DNA of 60,298 bases, counting the filler, from Hausera hauseri (taxonomy: Eukaryota): NCBI GenBank assembly GCA_046269625.1. It is 10 parts of 10 records of this genome, joined end to end, with 100 filler letters (N's around TTAATTAATTAA, not from the genome) between each part and the next. Parts side by side here need not be neighbours in the genome. Positions count along the whole stretch, not along the records: positions 6,178 to 16,151 come from JBJURY010262176.1; positions 16,252 to 20,457 come from JBJURY010701882.1; positions 20,558 to 28,224 come from JBJURY010001681.1; 7 more parts are not named here. One strand, 5' to 3'. Shown piece after piece: positions 13,201-25,704 of the stretch (the first letter of the stretch is position 1; each line of letters opens with the position of its first letter). Made by a program: the position numbers and the translations under genes. The notes beneath the pieces are model-generated. The model was given only the letters and a program-made list of their open reading frames with translations, had not been told where the DNA came from and ran no database searches.

Positions 13201-15390
13201 AAAGACCGAACGAACGAGCGAAAGAACGAGCGAACGAACGAAAGAACAAACGAACGAAAGAGCGAAAGGACGGACGGGCGGGTGGATGGACGAACGAAAG
13301 AACGAACGAATGAACTAATGAACGATAGACCGAAAGAACGAAAGAAGGAACAAAGGAACAAAGGAACGGACGAACGAAAGAACGAACGAACGAAAGAACA
13401 AACGAACGAAAGAGCGAAAGGACGGACGGACGGAAGGAGGGACGAAAGAAATATGGAACGAACGAACTAATGAAAGAAAGGAAGAAAGAACGAAAGAACG
13501 AACGAAGGAACGGACGAAAGAAAGAACGAACGAACGAAAGAAGGAACGAACGAAGGAACGACCGAGCGAACGAGAGCAGGAAAGAACAAAAGAACGAACG
13601 AACGAACGAACGAAAGAATGAACGATAGAACGAACGAAAGAACGAATGAACGAATGAACAGTCAAACTAACGAAAGAACGAACAAAGGAAAGAAAGATCG
13701 AACGAACGAAAGAACAAACGAACGAAAGAGCGAAAGGACGGACGGGCGGGTGGATGGACAAACGAAAGAACGAACGAATGAACTAATGAACGAAAGACCG
13801 AAAGAAAGAAAGAAAAAAAGAACGAACAAACGAACGAAAGAACGAACAAAAGAACGAAAGAACAAACGAACGAAAGAAAGAATGATCGAACGAATGAGTG
13901 ATCGAACGAACGAAAGAACAAACGAAAAAGCGAACGAAAGAGAGAACGAACGAACGAACGAAAGAACGAAAGAACGAAAGAAAGTAGGAATGGACGGACG
14001 AACGAACGGACGGACGAAAGAACGAAAGAAAGAAGGAAAGAACAAATGGAGAAAAGAACGAACGAACGAAAGAACGATCGAGCGATCGAAAGAAAAAACG
14101 AAGAAAGGCGCGAACGGACAAAAGAACAAACGAAAGAACAAAAAGCGAACGAACGAATGAACGAACGAAAGAAAGAAAGAACGATCGAAAGAAATAACAA
14201 ATAAACGAACGAACCAACGAACGATAGAACGAAGGAACGAATGAACGAACAAACGATATATCGAACGAAAAAAGGAACGATCGAAAGAAAGAAAGAAAAA
14301 AGGAAAAAGAGAAGGAACGGACGAACGAACGAACGAACGAACGAATAAATGAACGAACGAGTGAACGAACGAACGAACAAAAGAGAGATCGAGCGATCGA
14401 AAGAAAAAAACGAAGAAACACGCGAACGAACGAAAAAACGAACAAAAGAAAGTATGGTTGGACGGACGAACGGACGGACGGACAAAAGAACGAAGGAAAG
14501 AAGGAAAGAACGATCAAAATGACAAAAGAACGAACAAAGGATCGATCGAACGAAAGAACGAACAAACGAAAGAACGAACAAAAGAACGAACGAACAAAAG
14601 AACGAAAGAAAGAATGATCGAACAAATGAGTGATCGAACGAACGAAAGAACGAACGAACTAACGGAAGACCAAAAGAAAGAAAGAAAAAAAAACGAACGA
14701 ACGAATGAACAATCGAACCAACGAACAAACGAACGAAAGAAAGAACGAAGGAACGAAAGAACAAAAGAAGGAACGAACGAAGGAACGAAAGAATGTACGG
14801 ACGGACCGAAGAACGAACGAAAGAACGGAGGAACGATCGAACAAACGAACGAACGGCCGAACGAACGAACGAACGACCGAACGAACGGACGATAGAACGA
14901 ACGAATGAACGAACGAACGAAGGAATGAGCGAACGAGCGAACGAACGAAGGAACGAACGAACGAACGAATGAACGAACGGAAGAACGAACGAAAGATCGA
15001 ACGAACCAGCGACCGAAAAGTGGAACGGACAAACGAACGAAAGAAAGAACGGGCGGACGTAGGAATGGACGGACGGACGAATGAACGAACGATAAAACAA
15101 AGTAACGAACGAGCAAACGAATGAACGAAGGAACAAACAAAAGAACGAACGAGCAAATGACAGAACGAAAGGAAGAACGAACGAACGAAAGAAAGAACGA
15201 ACAAAAGAACGAAAGACCGAATGAATGAACGAAAGAACGAACGAAAGAATGAATGAAAAAAGACCGAGCGAACGAGCGAACGAACCAAAGAACGAACGAA
15301 CGATAGAACGAATGAATGAACGAACGAACGATAGAACGAAAAAAAGAAAGTACGAACGAAGCATCGTGAATTTTATTTTGTACGATGGCG
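7273..15390 (+). mobile_element. Interspersed non-coding element with an internal GAAC microsatellite (possibly Helitron/Helentron-derived, DINE-1/HINE-like), here massively expanded
   Basis: 7273-7740 aligns colinearly with 34360-34830 (GTTTTCCCCACCT; ATCGGTAGAGCT(T/C)GACGA; GGCGCTAGAAG; AACATTGGGAAAAAT(T/C)GATGGGAAAATTT; AGCATTTCATATT; GGATCC..GTGAA). After the satellite both copies resume with GCATCGT. The superfamily assignment is tentative. Confidence 0.55.
7730..15362 (+). repeat. About 7.6-kb degenerate (GAAC)n/(GAAA)n satellite
   Basis: Continuous GAAC/GAAA/GAAT/GGAC tetramers, with a nearly T-free plus strand. It explains all the SFVR/ERTN-type pseudo-ORFs in the ORF track. Confidence 0.98.
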
Positions 15391-15579
15391 TCGAACGCAC
15401 AAATTACCATGAGCTCATAATTGAGCACTACTACACACAAGAAGAATAATTGCGATCAAAAGTCACAATAATGAAAATATAATATTATTTCTCATAATTT
15501 GTTCGCTCTTCATTCTAATGTTCAATTTCGAAATATAGGATATTTGAAGTTGAGACTGTATTGGCTTGTTGTTGTTTGG

Positions 15580-15790
15580 AAGCGCACTGTTTTCAAAATC
15601 AGCAGTGCACGTCAATAAATGATGACCACTAACATACAAAATACCATGGCACTTAATTTATCGTCATTTCGAAAATTTGCAACAACCGAAGATGGATCAC
15701 CCAGTGAATGTTAATTTTTTTCTTTTAATAATTTTTATTTTTATATTAATATTTTAATATTAGTTTTAATGTTTTATTAATTTTTATTTT
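15580..15790 (+). repeat. Interspersed repeat module; second copy at ~35815-36020
   Basis: Shared AAATACCAT(G/T)GCACT(T/C)A(A/G)TTTATCGTCATTTCG...AAAATTTGC...GAAGATG...TGAATGTTAATTT, followed by a T-rich tract. Confidence 0.75.
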
Positions 15791-15817
15791 TATTATAAAA
15801 TTTTATTAGTGACCCAG

Positions 15818-16151
15818 AGTAGTTAGAAGTGAGGAGTTGGCCCCCCAACCCCCCCAGGGAAGGAAGGAAGCCAATGGGAGGACGACACGTCATTGTGGGA
15901 AGGAAGGAAGCCGATGGGAGTAGACGACCAATAAGAAGCAAAGCTGGGGCCAAGTGGGTTTCACTATTACCACCCCAGAACAAAGGCAACTGGGTCTCAC
16001 TATTCCCACCCCTTATTTATGAAAAAAGATGAGAAGAAATAAATATTTATTAATAACGTAAGTACAATCAAATAGAATAATGTCCATATGCGACACTATG
16101 GTTTTTATCAACCCAGTGTCGTTTATCGTCAAAGGGATCCAGTGCTTTCTT
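15818..16151 (+). mobile_element. Polinton/Maverick terminal inverted repeat (element continues past the contig end)
   Basis: Starts AGTAGTTAGAAGTGAGG (AGTAGT is a canonical Polinton terminus). Contains CCAAT/CACGTCAT subrepeats and TGGGTTTCACTATT repeats. Homologous to 41461-41800 and, inverted, to 37264-37382. Confidence 0.8.
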
Positions 16152-16251
16152 NNNNNNNNNNNNNNNNNNNNNNNNNNNNNNNNNNNNNNNNNNNNTTAAT
16201 TAATTAANNNNNNNNNNNNNNNNNNNNNNNNNNNNNNNNNNNNNNNNNNNN

Positions 16252-17165
16252 AGGCCCGGAGTTATTGGGGTTACAGATATTTTAAAGTATTTGGTATGAA
16301 ATGGATTTTAGGAAGTCAAATAAAATAGCAAAGAAATTTTCTTTTCGAATGCCAGAATATCAGACCTTATTTGATGCGTTAGGTGGTTCAAGAATTTTCA
16401 CAACAATTTTGTTTGAACCGAGTAACACTTTGCGTCTCAACGGCCTCGGGAACGTTGCAGCCACTGGTGAACACACTGTTCGAAGACTTACTGTTTGCGA
16501 GTGTTTTCACGTACCTGAATGACGTGCTGATTTACTCAAAGACGATTTCGGAACATTGCAAACTACTAGGAGAGGTGATGAAAAGATTGAAAAATAAAAA
16601 TCTAAAAGTGAATCCCAAAAATGTAGGTTTGGTGTTTCGGAGTTGATATTTCTCGGACATACTATTAATAATCAGGGGGTTTCAACAAATCAAGTAAAAG
16701 TAAAAGAGATCCAGAATTTTCCAGTCCCAAAGTGTACGAGTTATAGCGTTGTTTGGCTAAAAGAGTGTGAGGAAAGTTTCAAGTAATTGAAATTGAAGCT
16801 ATGTGAAGCGCCAATATTAACCTTCATGGATCCAACGAAGGAATTTATTTTGGATACAGGCGCATCGTTTGGCGCAATCGGAATAGTACTCAGCCAACAA
16901 ATAGGAAATAAAGAAAAGGTAGTAGCGTATGCGTGTAGAACACTCTTATCTTTTGAGGTGTTCTGCGTTACAAGAAAGGAACTGTTGGCATTACAAGAGT
17001 TTATGCTGCATTTTAAACAGTATGTGTATGGTAAGCACTTACGGCTAGAACAGATCATAAGGCGTTGGTATATATAAAGACCGCTATCAAAACAATAACA
17101 CCACAATTCCAGACGTGGCAAGAAAACATGACAAATTTTAATTTTACACTCGAATTCAAGTAAAA
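16252..17165 (+). mobile_element. pol: Decayed gypsy pol fragment (RT - RNase H)
   Basis: MDFRKSNK, 'VFTYLNDVLIYSKT', 'FLGH.IN..G', 'KLCEAPILTFMDPTKEFILDTGAS..AIG.VLSQ', 'VTRKELLA'. Confidence 0.85.
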
Positions 17166-17217
17166 TTCCGCTTTAGCGGATATACCAACTGGCAGGGAAT
17201 TTTCAATCCAACCTAAG

Positions 17218-20200
17218 ATGGGTGACGAAGTGGCCAGCGTGGACGAGCTCACAGCTAACATGGCGACTTACGCCACAATGGACATTTTCGCGAACCAATT
17301 GTTGCCCAACAAATTCAGGAAAGGAGACGACATGCAGAAGTTCATTAAATGATGTGAGAAATTCATTAAATATATGAATGCCCCGGAGGCGGAGCGGGAA
17401 ATCATGGTTTGATGTCTCTTGGAGAAAGAAGCATAAGAAAGATACGAGGCAGTAGATGTGAAGATAACGGGATATCAAAACCAATTACGAAAGACTTTCG
17501 CCCGACCATCAACACTGTGCGAAGATCTGAAAGAGGCACTCGAGTACAAAATAAATGGAGCGGAACCGGAGGCTTACTTGAAAGCAATCGAGAAACTGTT
17601 GGATAAAATTATGAAACACGAATTTTCACTCGAGATTCTAAAAGAGGAACTATTGTTCCAATGTCGTAACAATAGAGAGATGAAAAGATTGATATGCCTC
17701 AATGGCAAACGAGACGCGGAAATCATAAAAGAGGAAATACGAAAGATACACGAAGTAAAGTTTAAAACAGAAGAAATCAGTTATCCAGGGTTCGGTAGAA
17801 GAAGCTACCAGGAAGTAGCAACATAAAATATCAAGAAACCCGTTCCTAGAACCAACACTACGCCAATTAGATCACCAAATAGTGGATTAAAGTGTTGGAC
17901 ATGTCGGATTGAAGGACATACGACAAGACCTTGCACCACATGAAGACTGACTAAATGTCTGGATGCTGAAAAGAAGAACATATAAATTGGCAGTGTCCCG
18001 AAAGAAAACCAATAACATGCGACGGATGTGGTCAGCAAGGGCACATCAGACGAAATTGTATAAACCTTAAGTTGTGCAAGATGTTACCATAGAGGACATA
18101 CCGAAAAGGAGTGCTACACAAGGCTGGAGGGGGAAGAAAACCAGGATGAGACACATAAAACAATAAAAGAAGGTTTGGGGATAATTTGAACAGAAAACGA
18201 GGAAGTCGCAAATGTAAAAAAAGAAGAAACAGAATAGAAACATGAGTCAGTTGCCCCAAAAGGGAGAGCCTCGATAGAAGTGTAGCAAATCGGGGCATTT
18301 CAATAGATTCAGTCTCCAAAAATATCGTTATGTATAATAGTAGTAATATATCAAACAAAACGGGAAATTTCGATGAAATATCCTGCAGCGGAACAGAGGA
18401 CATGGAGAACGATACGCAGATCTTCATGCTAGAATTGTATGCCGAACATATATCATACGAGTAGTTTAATGGACGACCAGGAATCAAGTTAAGAATAGAA
18501 GATAGATGGGATGATTACTTATTGGACACAGGGGCCAGGGTAAATGTCATAAGCTAGAAGACCGTTGATAAACTGACAAACATACATATAGAGAAATCGG
18601 ATGCCACACTACGATATGAGAATAATAGCCCCTTAGATTGCCTGGGTACAGTGACAATAGACGTAGAAATCAAGGGACTAAGGAGACGCGTAACATTCCC
18701 GGTAGTGTCAGAATTACGCCTGGAAATAATAGGTGGTATAGACCTGCAAAAAGCATTCGGAATAGAACTGAGATGGAAATGCAAGGAACGGAAACATTCC
18801 AACAAGACATAAGCAACCTGGAAGCCAAATTCGGCCGGAAGGTGTCTAACCAGGAACGAGTCAACAGGGTGAATGAAACTCTTCAGGTCAGTGACAATAA
18901 GGACCTACGCAACATTATGCAAAAGTACCCAGAGGTATTCATGGGCGACAAGTGTCACATAGAGTGCACACCTCTCATCAAATGCCGAATAGACACGACA
19001 GGAGCGCTGATTAATATCAAACCTCGCATGCAGCCAGTAAACCTAGAGACCATCCGAAACCTGTGGGAAAACGACATTATCAAACCATGTAACTGAGCAT
19101 GGAATACACTAATGATATGGGTGTGAAAGAAAGACAAGAAGGATGTCAGAATCTGTCTGGACTTCAGACAGCTGAATCTTATAACGGAACAGCAGGCTTT
19201 CCCATGCCTAACGTGGTAGAGATATTGGACAGGTAATACGGGACCATGTTTTTCACGACAATCGACCTAGAGAATGTATATTACCAAGTGGAGATAGCGA
19301 AAGACTCCAAACTGAAGACGGCGTTTTCAACCAAATTATTGCAATTCTGTTTTAACAGAATGTCATTCGGGGACATTGAACAAACAGTGGTATAGCTAGA
19401 TAATATACTAATCTTCTCTAAGACTCTAAAAGAATATTATAGGATACTCAAAATGTATTGGAAAGGATCAGGGAAGCAGATCTCGGGGTAAACCCCGAGA
19501 AATATCATATTTTAGAGCATATTGTGAATGACAAGAGGATACAAGCAGGCATCAAAACTGGAAGAAATTAAGTCCTTGGAGAAACCAAAATGTGTCAAGA
19601 ATTTGAGAAGCTTCTTAGTGATCTGCAACTATTACAGAAGATTTATCTAAGGTTACGCAGCAAAGGCAGGTTGAATAACAAGAAATTAACATGGACCGAG
19701 CAATGTAACGAGATCTTAGAGTCAATGAAAAGATCCCTAGACACCCCATCAATACTAGGTTTCCCTGATTTCAAGAGAGAATTTAGCCTCGATACGGACG
19801 CAACCTTCGATACAATTTGAGCTGTACTGTCACAGAAGGATAGTTTGGGACGCGGGAGAGTGATTTCGTACGGATCACACGCAATGATCAACCGTGAAAA
19901 CGGATATTGTATGACTCGAAAGGAACTACTGGCCATGTATTATTTTTGTGAACATTTCAACCATCACCTATACAGGAAACGGTTCACACTGAGAAAGGAC
20001 CACAAGGCAATAACGTTCATGGTAAAGAAAAAAAAACAATATCTGCCTAAATTCAGACGTGGATCAACTACCTATCCAGTCTATACATCAACGTAGAGTA
20101 CAAAAAAGGCACCGATGATGCGAACGCAGATATGCTATCCCACACAAGTTACGAAACATGCAGCCAATGTCTACAACAACCCGACGACGCCAAAATGCAG

Positions 20201-20457
20201 AAAAGCAAGACTCGGAGGATAAACGTCCTAGAAACAGCAGAAACATACCAATACCAGAAAGACAGCAAAGAAATCGAAGAAATAAAAGAAAGCATTGCCC
20301 GAAGAAAACAAAGAAGATTTATGCTAGGAGATGGAATAATAAAAACACAAACAGGTAAAATTTGGATACCAACGAACAGACGAGTAGAAATGATAACGCA
20401 TAACCATGTCATGCTGTCTCACGCAGGATCAGAAAAGGTAATAAAATACATTGACAG
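17218..20457 (+). mobile_element. Decayed gypsy element: gag (several CCHC knuckles) - protease - RT - RNase H - start of integrase
   Basis: Knuckles CWTCRIEGHTTRPC and CDGCGQQGHIRRNC (~17890-18120), LLDTGARVNVI (~18520), CLDFRQLN, IDLENVYYQV, YLDNILIFS-like motif, FSLDTDA, TRKELLA, and an integrase H..LSHAG. Many stops and frameshifts. Confidence 0.9.
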
Positions 20458-20557
20458 NNNNNNNNNNNNNNNNNNNNNNNNNNNNNNNNNNNNNNNNNNN
20501 NTTAATTAATTAANNNNNNNNNNNNNNNNNNNNNNNNNNNNNNNNNNNNNNNNNNNN

Positions 20558-20695
20558 AAGACAAAGCTGGGATACGACGAGTTGACACGTGCAATGGTGA
20601 GGCGTGACGTGAAACAAGTGTGCGTTACGCGCTAGACATGCCTGCGTGAAAAACCAAATAATGAGTAGTGACGTAAAGCATGTGTGTGTATCCAC
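20558..20695 (+). repeat. Interspersed repeat module; second copy at ~35557-35694
   Basis: AAGACAAAGC(T/C)GGGATACGACGAGTTGACAC...GAGGCGTGACGTGAAACA.GTGTGCGTTACGCG is near-identical in both copies. ORF-track peptides 20510-20704 and 35431-35646 are homologous. Confidence 0.9.
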
Positions 20696-20744
20696 ATGAG
20701 GCAAATTGTGTCACATGATTATGTCGTGACAACTAATGTATTAC

Positions 20745-20822
20745 GAAAGAAAAGTCTGAGCTTCTCAGATGACAAACGATTTATTCAAGCAGATAAAATA
20801 TCAACATTGCCCCATGAACACT
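20745..20822 (+). pseudogene. Extreme C-terminus of a Polinton-type pPolB
   Basis: KKSLSFSDDKRFIQADKISTLPHEH, compared with the typical 'KKSLS..DDKR.I..D.I.TLPYGH' terminus. Confidence 0.7.
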
Positions 20823-21719
20823 TACTTTATGTAGTTAAATAAAATTTTAAATGTGTTGTTTTATTATTTTTTTTAATTTAAAAAATTTCATGTTTTACTT
20901 TGTAAAGTGAAAGACGGAATAATTTTTTATACATTTTTGTTTTATTTTGTTTTTTTTTGTTTTTATAATCAAAATACATAAAATCAAATCCAAGTACAGC
21001 TGTAAATAAATTTTCATCGACATAATTATCCAATCATGGTAATTAACAATAGATTTATACAGGGTGATTATAAATGGGCATTATATTTTTTCTTGACATA
21101 AGAACATGGTTCATGACTTACTTTATTTACTTGTGTTTATAGCTTATAAAATATTTATATAGTTATTGAAATTATAGTAAAAATCACTGAACGTGATAAT
21201 TACAAATATTCAGATGTAATAAAGGCTTTTCGATAAAATTAATCACGATAATAAATCCACCAAAAATGACTATAACGGACAAAACAGTAAGTTCCATAAC
21301 GTAAGACTGAACAGCAGTTGGTAATAATGATGTTAAGGTTATGCTCCATGTGCCAGTTGATTTTCAATTGTTTGTGCAAGACGAAGGCGCCATATTACAA
21401 AGTACCATAATTTTAAATTTTGAAACAAAAAATTTGGTCTACGGATCCTAAGATAATTCTTGAAGTCAGATTCCGTGTATTTGCTTTATCAACCCTTACC
21501 AAATAGGTCATTGCTAATAGGTTCACGACATGTTACTCTCAATGAAACACACTACTACTAGTCAGAGATTTAAAAGTTCTACAGGTTCAACAAATACAAA
21601 AATATATGCTGACTAACAATATGAAAACACTTTTTGCAAATAATGCTAAGATTATTCAATACGACCTTCTAAATGTTACTTCTTCAAATTGAACCCTAAC
21701 ACGCAGCATAAGTTTGCGA

Positions 21720-22160
21720 ATTAACAATTTTTTTCCATTTTGACGACTAACATTTGGCTAATTGGGTTTCTTGATGTTTTGTCAGGCTAATAAACATCCG
21801 TCTAATGTTTAGCTGAACGTCATCGTTCATGTGAAAAGTTAATATTTATGTAGATTGAAGAAATATTAGTGATGCAGTTGATAATTAGATGAATATCTTG
21901 TACTATGACATATGAACGAAAAACTTGAAATTAAACATTTTGTAAAATGTACAATGAAAGAAGACACAAAAATTATACAAAATTTCCAAATCCCTCTGTA
22001 TATTAATGGAAGAATTGAACAAGTGCGAAATGATGTAACATATAGATCATATTGCATCATCTTAATTTTCTTTGCAAATTTTTTTCATATTATTAATCAG
22101 CATAAAATTTTGTACTTTTAAAACCGACATGTAGAACACCGACTAGCAGTAAGGTGCTAT
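21720..22160 (+). repeat. Direct repeat, copy 1 of 3 (others ~23830-24200 and ~26095-26170)
   Basis: The core GAAGAAATATTAGTGATGCA starts at 21857, 23970 and 26126. Copies 1 and 2 align over ~400 bp (ATCCGTCTAAT, GTCATCGTTCATGTG, AGTAAGGTGCTATT). Confidence 0.85.
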
Positions 22161-22419
22161 TTCTCGACAGCAGAATGTTCAATACCTGAAATTTCTAACA
22201 TCCCGATATATAAATTATCGGTTTCATTACATGAACATCATTCCTATACTCCTTGACAATATGTCGAAATATTCGAGATGTCAGATGAAAATCTGTGCAC
22301 TAACCGACCATCATTAAAATAACAAAATAAAATATTATTAATAAAAGTATAAATGAAATATTAATTAAGTATAACATAACTAACATCGTTTGTGTGAGGT
22401 ACATAAGTGTGATTAGAGA

Positions 22420-23142
22420 AGGCAATCTTGAATAGAGTAACATACTGAATTTGATATGAGTCAAAATCAAGTTCAAAACGCATTACACCGCTCAGAACGA
22501 ATTCTTCATGATGGAACAGCCTTATTACCGGTTTTTGTTCGTGTCAATTAATTAAATAATTAGCAAGATGGCTGTCGTCTTCGTGACATATGATTAGGTG
22601 ACTGGGTTCTGGCATCAATGCCATCTTTTGTATTGGTCTTTTCTTACGAATTGTTCCACCACAAGCATGAATAAGATCTATACACACTTGTCTATGTTTT
22701 GCCCGAGGTGATAAGAAAAATTCAATGCCATCAAATAACGGCGATAAATGGTGATGTATTCGATTCCGAGCTCTGCGTAACGATATATCCAAAGAAAACC
22801 CAAACTGCTTTTTTCACCCTCTTTGTCTTCAAGTTTCCAGTATTTTTCATCTAAACATCGAGTACGAAATACTAATTTCAAACACAAAAATCATACGCAC
22901 CGACAAACTCATTTTTGATTTCGCACGCCTGGAGCCACATCATCGTAACGATGTGACAACCTCGCAAAAATACCGTAGTAAAACTTGGGTGTTCTGATAA
23001 TATTTCTCACAATCAAATGAGTACATTGATTCATGTCTTCGGTAACAGTACCACGAAGACTAATAACAATATCTGTAAGTTTATCTCTCTGTTCTGGAAG
23101 CAATCTAGTAAATGCCACGACAACATGCGTTTGATTTTCCAT
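22420..23142 (-). pseudogene. PAXIP1: PAXIP1/PTIP C-terminal tandem BRCT fragment, disrupted, with a 50-nt GT-AG intron at 22900-22851
   Basis: Reads VVAFT...GTVTEDMNQCTHLIVRNIIRTPKF, CHIVTMMWLQAC..KNEFV^DEKYWKLEDKEGE, SPLFDGIEFFLSP, IICHEDDSHL, HEEFVLSGVMRFELDFDSY, fitting the PAXIP1 C-terminal BRCT pair. Several frameshifts. Confidence 0.75.
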
Positions 23143-24685
23143 AGGTTGAAATAACTGCTCAATTTTTTCTTTTTTCTGGTGTTTCTCTTTTAATGATATT
23201 TTCGTTACTATTTATTTCACTGTTTTCAAATTTGATTTTTACTGGTAACTTATTGACTTTAACGACATGGTTCATAACGAATCGATGTTCCTCTTCAGAA
23301 AGATTTGGAATAATCCATCTAATTTAAATACAGTAATATAAAACTATTACAGATCGAAGTTAAACAATGTGCAAGCAAAATTCCGTTTCTGTAGAAATAA
23401 TAACAATCAACAGAAAAGCATAATTACATACTTTAAGGACTTCGGCATTGAATAATTTGTCTACATATATTTTAAGCTTAAAGCAATGTAATATACACTG
23501 GAAGAAATATAAAACTTAAAAAGTAAAAAGCATATTTTGAAAGAATATAGCTATCATGCGATTATTACGTCAAATTTTCAATCTTTCCAAAAATTCCGGC
23601 TAAAAATGTTTGATATAATATGATTTAAGTTGAATTTTAAATCAGTTGAATCCATTATTCGATATAGTTTCTTCAGTGTTCTTGAACGATGTTGCGTGTG
23701 ACAAAATTGGTGAAACTGCATTTCAGATGGTTCACGAATGTTAAAATTGCAATACATATTAAGAGATTATGTAGTGTCAATTCGCACTTCTTCAATATTC
23801 CCCCAAACATGCAGAAGGATTTTTAATAAATAAAATTTTTGCCATTTTCGAGCATTAATATTTAACTAATTATGTTTCCTTGACGTTTTGTCAACCTAAT
23901 TAATATCCGTCTAATATTTAGCATAAAACATGTCATCGTTCATGTGTAAAGTTAATATCTGTATAGAAGGAAGAAATATTAGTGATGCAACTGATAATTA
24001 GACGAATACATTGTACTTTGACATAACATGAATGACAAATTGGAAATACGAGTTTAGTAAAATATTGGTTAAAGAAATGCAAAATGACGTAGCATTTAAA
24101 ATCCCATATTGCATAAAAATATTTTTCATATTATTAATTACCATAAAATTTTGCACTTGTATAACTCCGATTAGAAGTAAGGTGCTATTCCTTGTTGGAA
24201 GCCTGTTGCAATTTTTAAATAATATTCTAAACATTATATAACATACTTCGGTTCTGTTTAGCCAAAGTTCTAAAGAAAGTTTTTACAAATATATTTTCCA
24301 TAAAGTAGATCGATCAGATTATAATAAGAAAACGATGTCTCGTTCTCCAAAACGAAATATCTATTCCAACATTATCACAGATTATTCAAATCTACTATCT
24401 CGTCTTTAAGTGCTATATTGACACTGTTTAAGTCAATCAAATTTTGAGCCAACAATTGGAGAAGTACTTTGACCAACAGTTCACCGAACAAAAACAAAAT
24501 AAAAGAACCAATAACGTACAATAATAGACATCAATTGGCTGTTTGAATAAGAATGAATAATAAATGCAATTGTAAACCGACGTACATTTCGTTAGAGCAG
24601 AAAATTTTAAACCCAACATCCTTAGTGTGCATTCACAATTTGATGATTAACAGTCAACGATCTAATAGAGCCAAACAGGTTGTTC

Positions 24686-25704
24686 TTAAAAAATCAAATG
24701 GCTCTCAGAACTCATGCCATATTTTAATTTGTTTTCTTCAAATAAATCATTGAGGCAATTAAAATATTTTTCATGAAGATGGTTCACCTCTTCCTCCGTG
24801 GGATTTTCACGTTTTTCAACAGAAATCGGAGTACCAACAACTGTTACCAATGGTTTCTTTATGGGGCATAAATCCAAACGTATAGTTGAATACTCCTCGA
24901 CCATAAAACAATGGCGGAGAATTGTGAAAACGCCGTTTAAACCATTCTTGAAACGAACGAAGATATGATCCTTGAGGATTCTTTACTTAAGTAAACAATT
25001 CATTTTCATGAAATCCAAAACATGGAACTAAATCGACACAATATTTTAGAGCCCATTTTGACGAAACCTTTACGGTCTTTCAGTTTAAGTTTCAAAGCCT
25101 CCGGACGACATTCCAATTCTTCTTCAGCACCCCCAATAACGATTATGACCGCATTTCCCTTACCGCATTTCGTAAACAAATATCCGATACTTTCCTTACT
25201 CGAATCACTAATCCCGAATGATAACAAATACGTTAGAATAAATGGATGATAATAATTATTAACCAAAGTTAATAAAATAGATTTAATCCCGGAAAACAAT
25301 TTCGTAATTCCTGTAGCCTCCATGGAAAAGTTACAAAATGCTCCACAAACCAAAATCCCATGGGGATGATAACCAAATAAATAATTTTTACTCGGATCCA
25401 AATCAGGAGTTTTCACCAAACTGATCGGAAAATAATCTCGATAATACGTCCATATTTTCCATCGTCGAACGCACTCAAATCGTCTTCCACCGGTTTTCTG
25501 AGTGTCCCGTTCGTAGACAATGACCCAGAGTACATACAGCAATGTCAACGGCCAGAAACTGGTAAACAAACTGTAAATTACAATCAATCAACAGATAATG
25601 GGACCAAATATAAAGAACCAAAACCTTTGGGCTACGACAAATGTTTGCAGTCGTCTCTCAAGTTGAATAAACAGCGGACAGAATTCAATTCCTAATATTT
25701 TCAT
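24686..25704 (-). pseudogene. DGAT2/MOGAT-family acyltransferase, full length, intronless, disrupted
   Basis: MKILGIEFCPL..LERRLQT, YYRDYFPISLVKT..LDP.KNYLFGYHPHGIL (HPHG motif), GGAEE, RKGFVK, TVVGTPI.V, LHEKYF..L..LFEENK. One in-frame stop (~25590) and frameshifts near 25050-24900. Confidence 0.9.

Noticed and set aside
7702-15449. Dozens of long ORFs (up to 926 aa) rich in SFVR or ERTN
   Set aside because: They are translations of the GAAC/GTTC satellite, which rarely produces stop codons. No sign of real coding.
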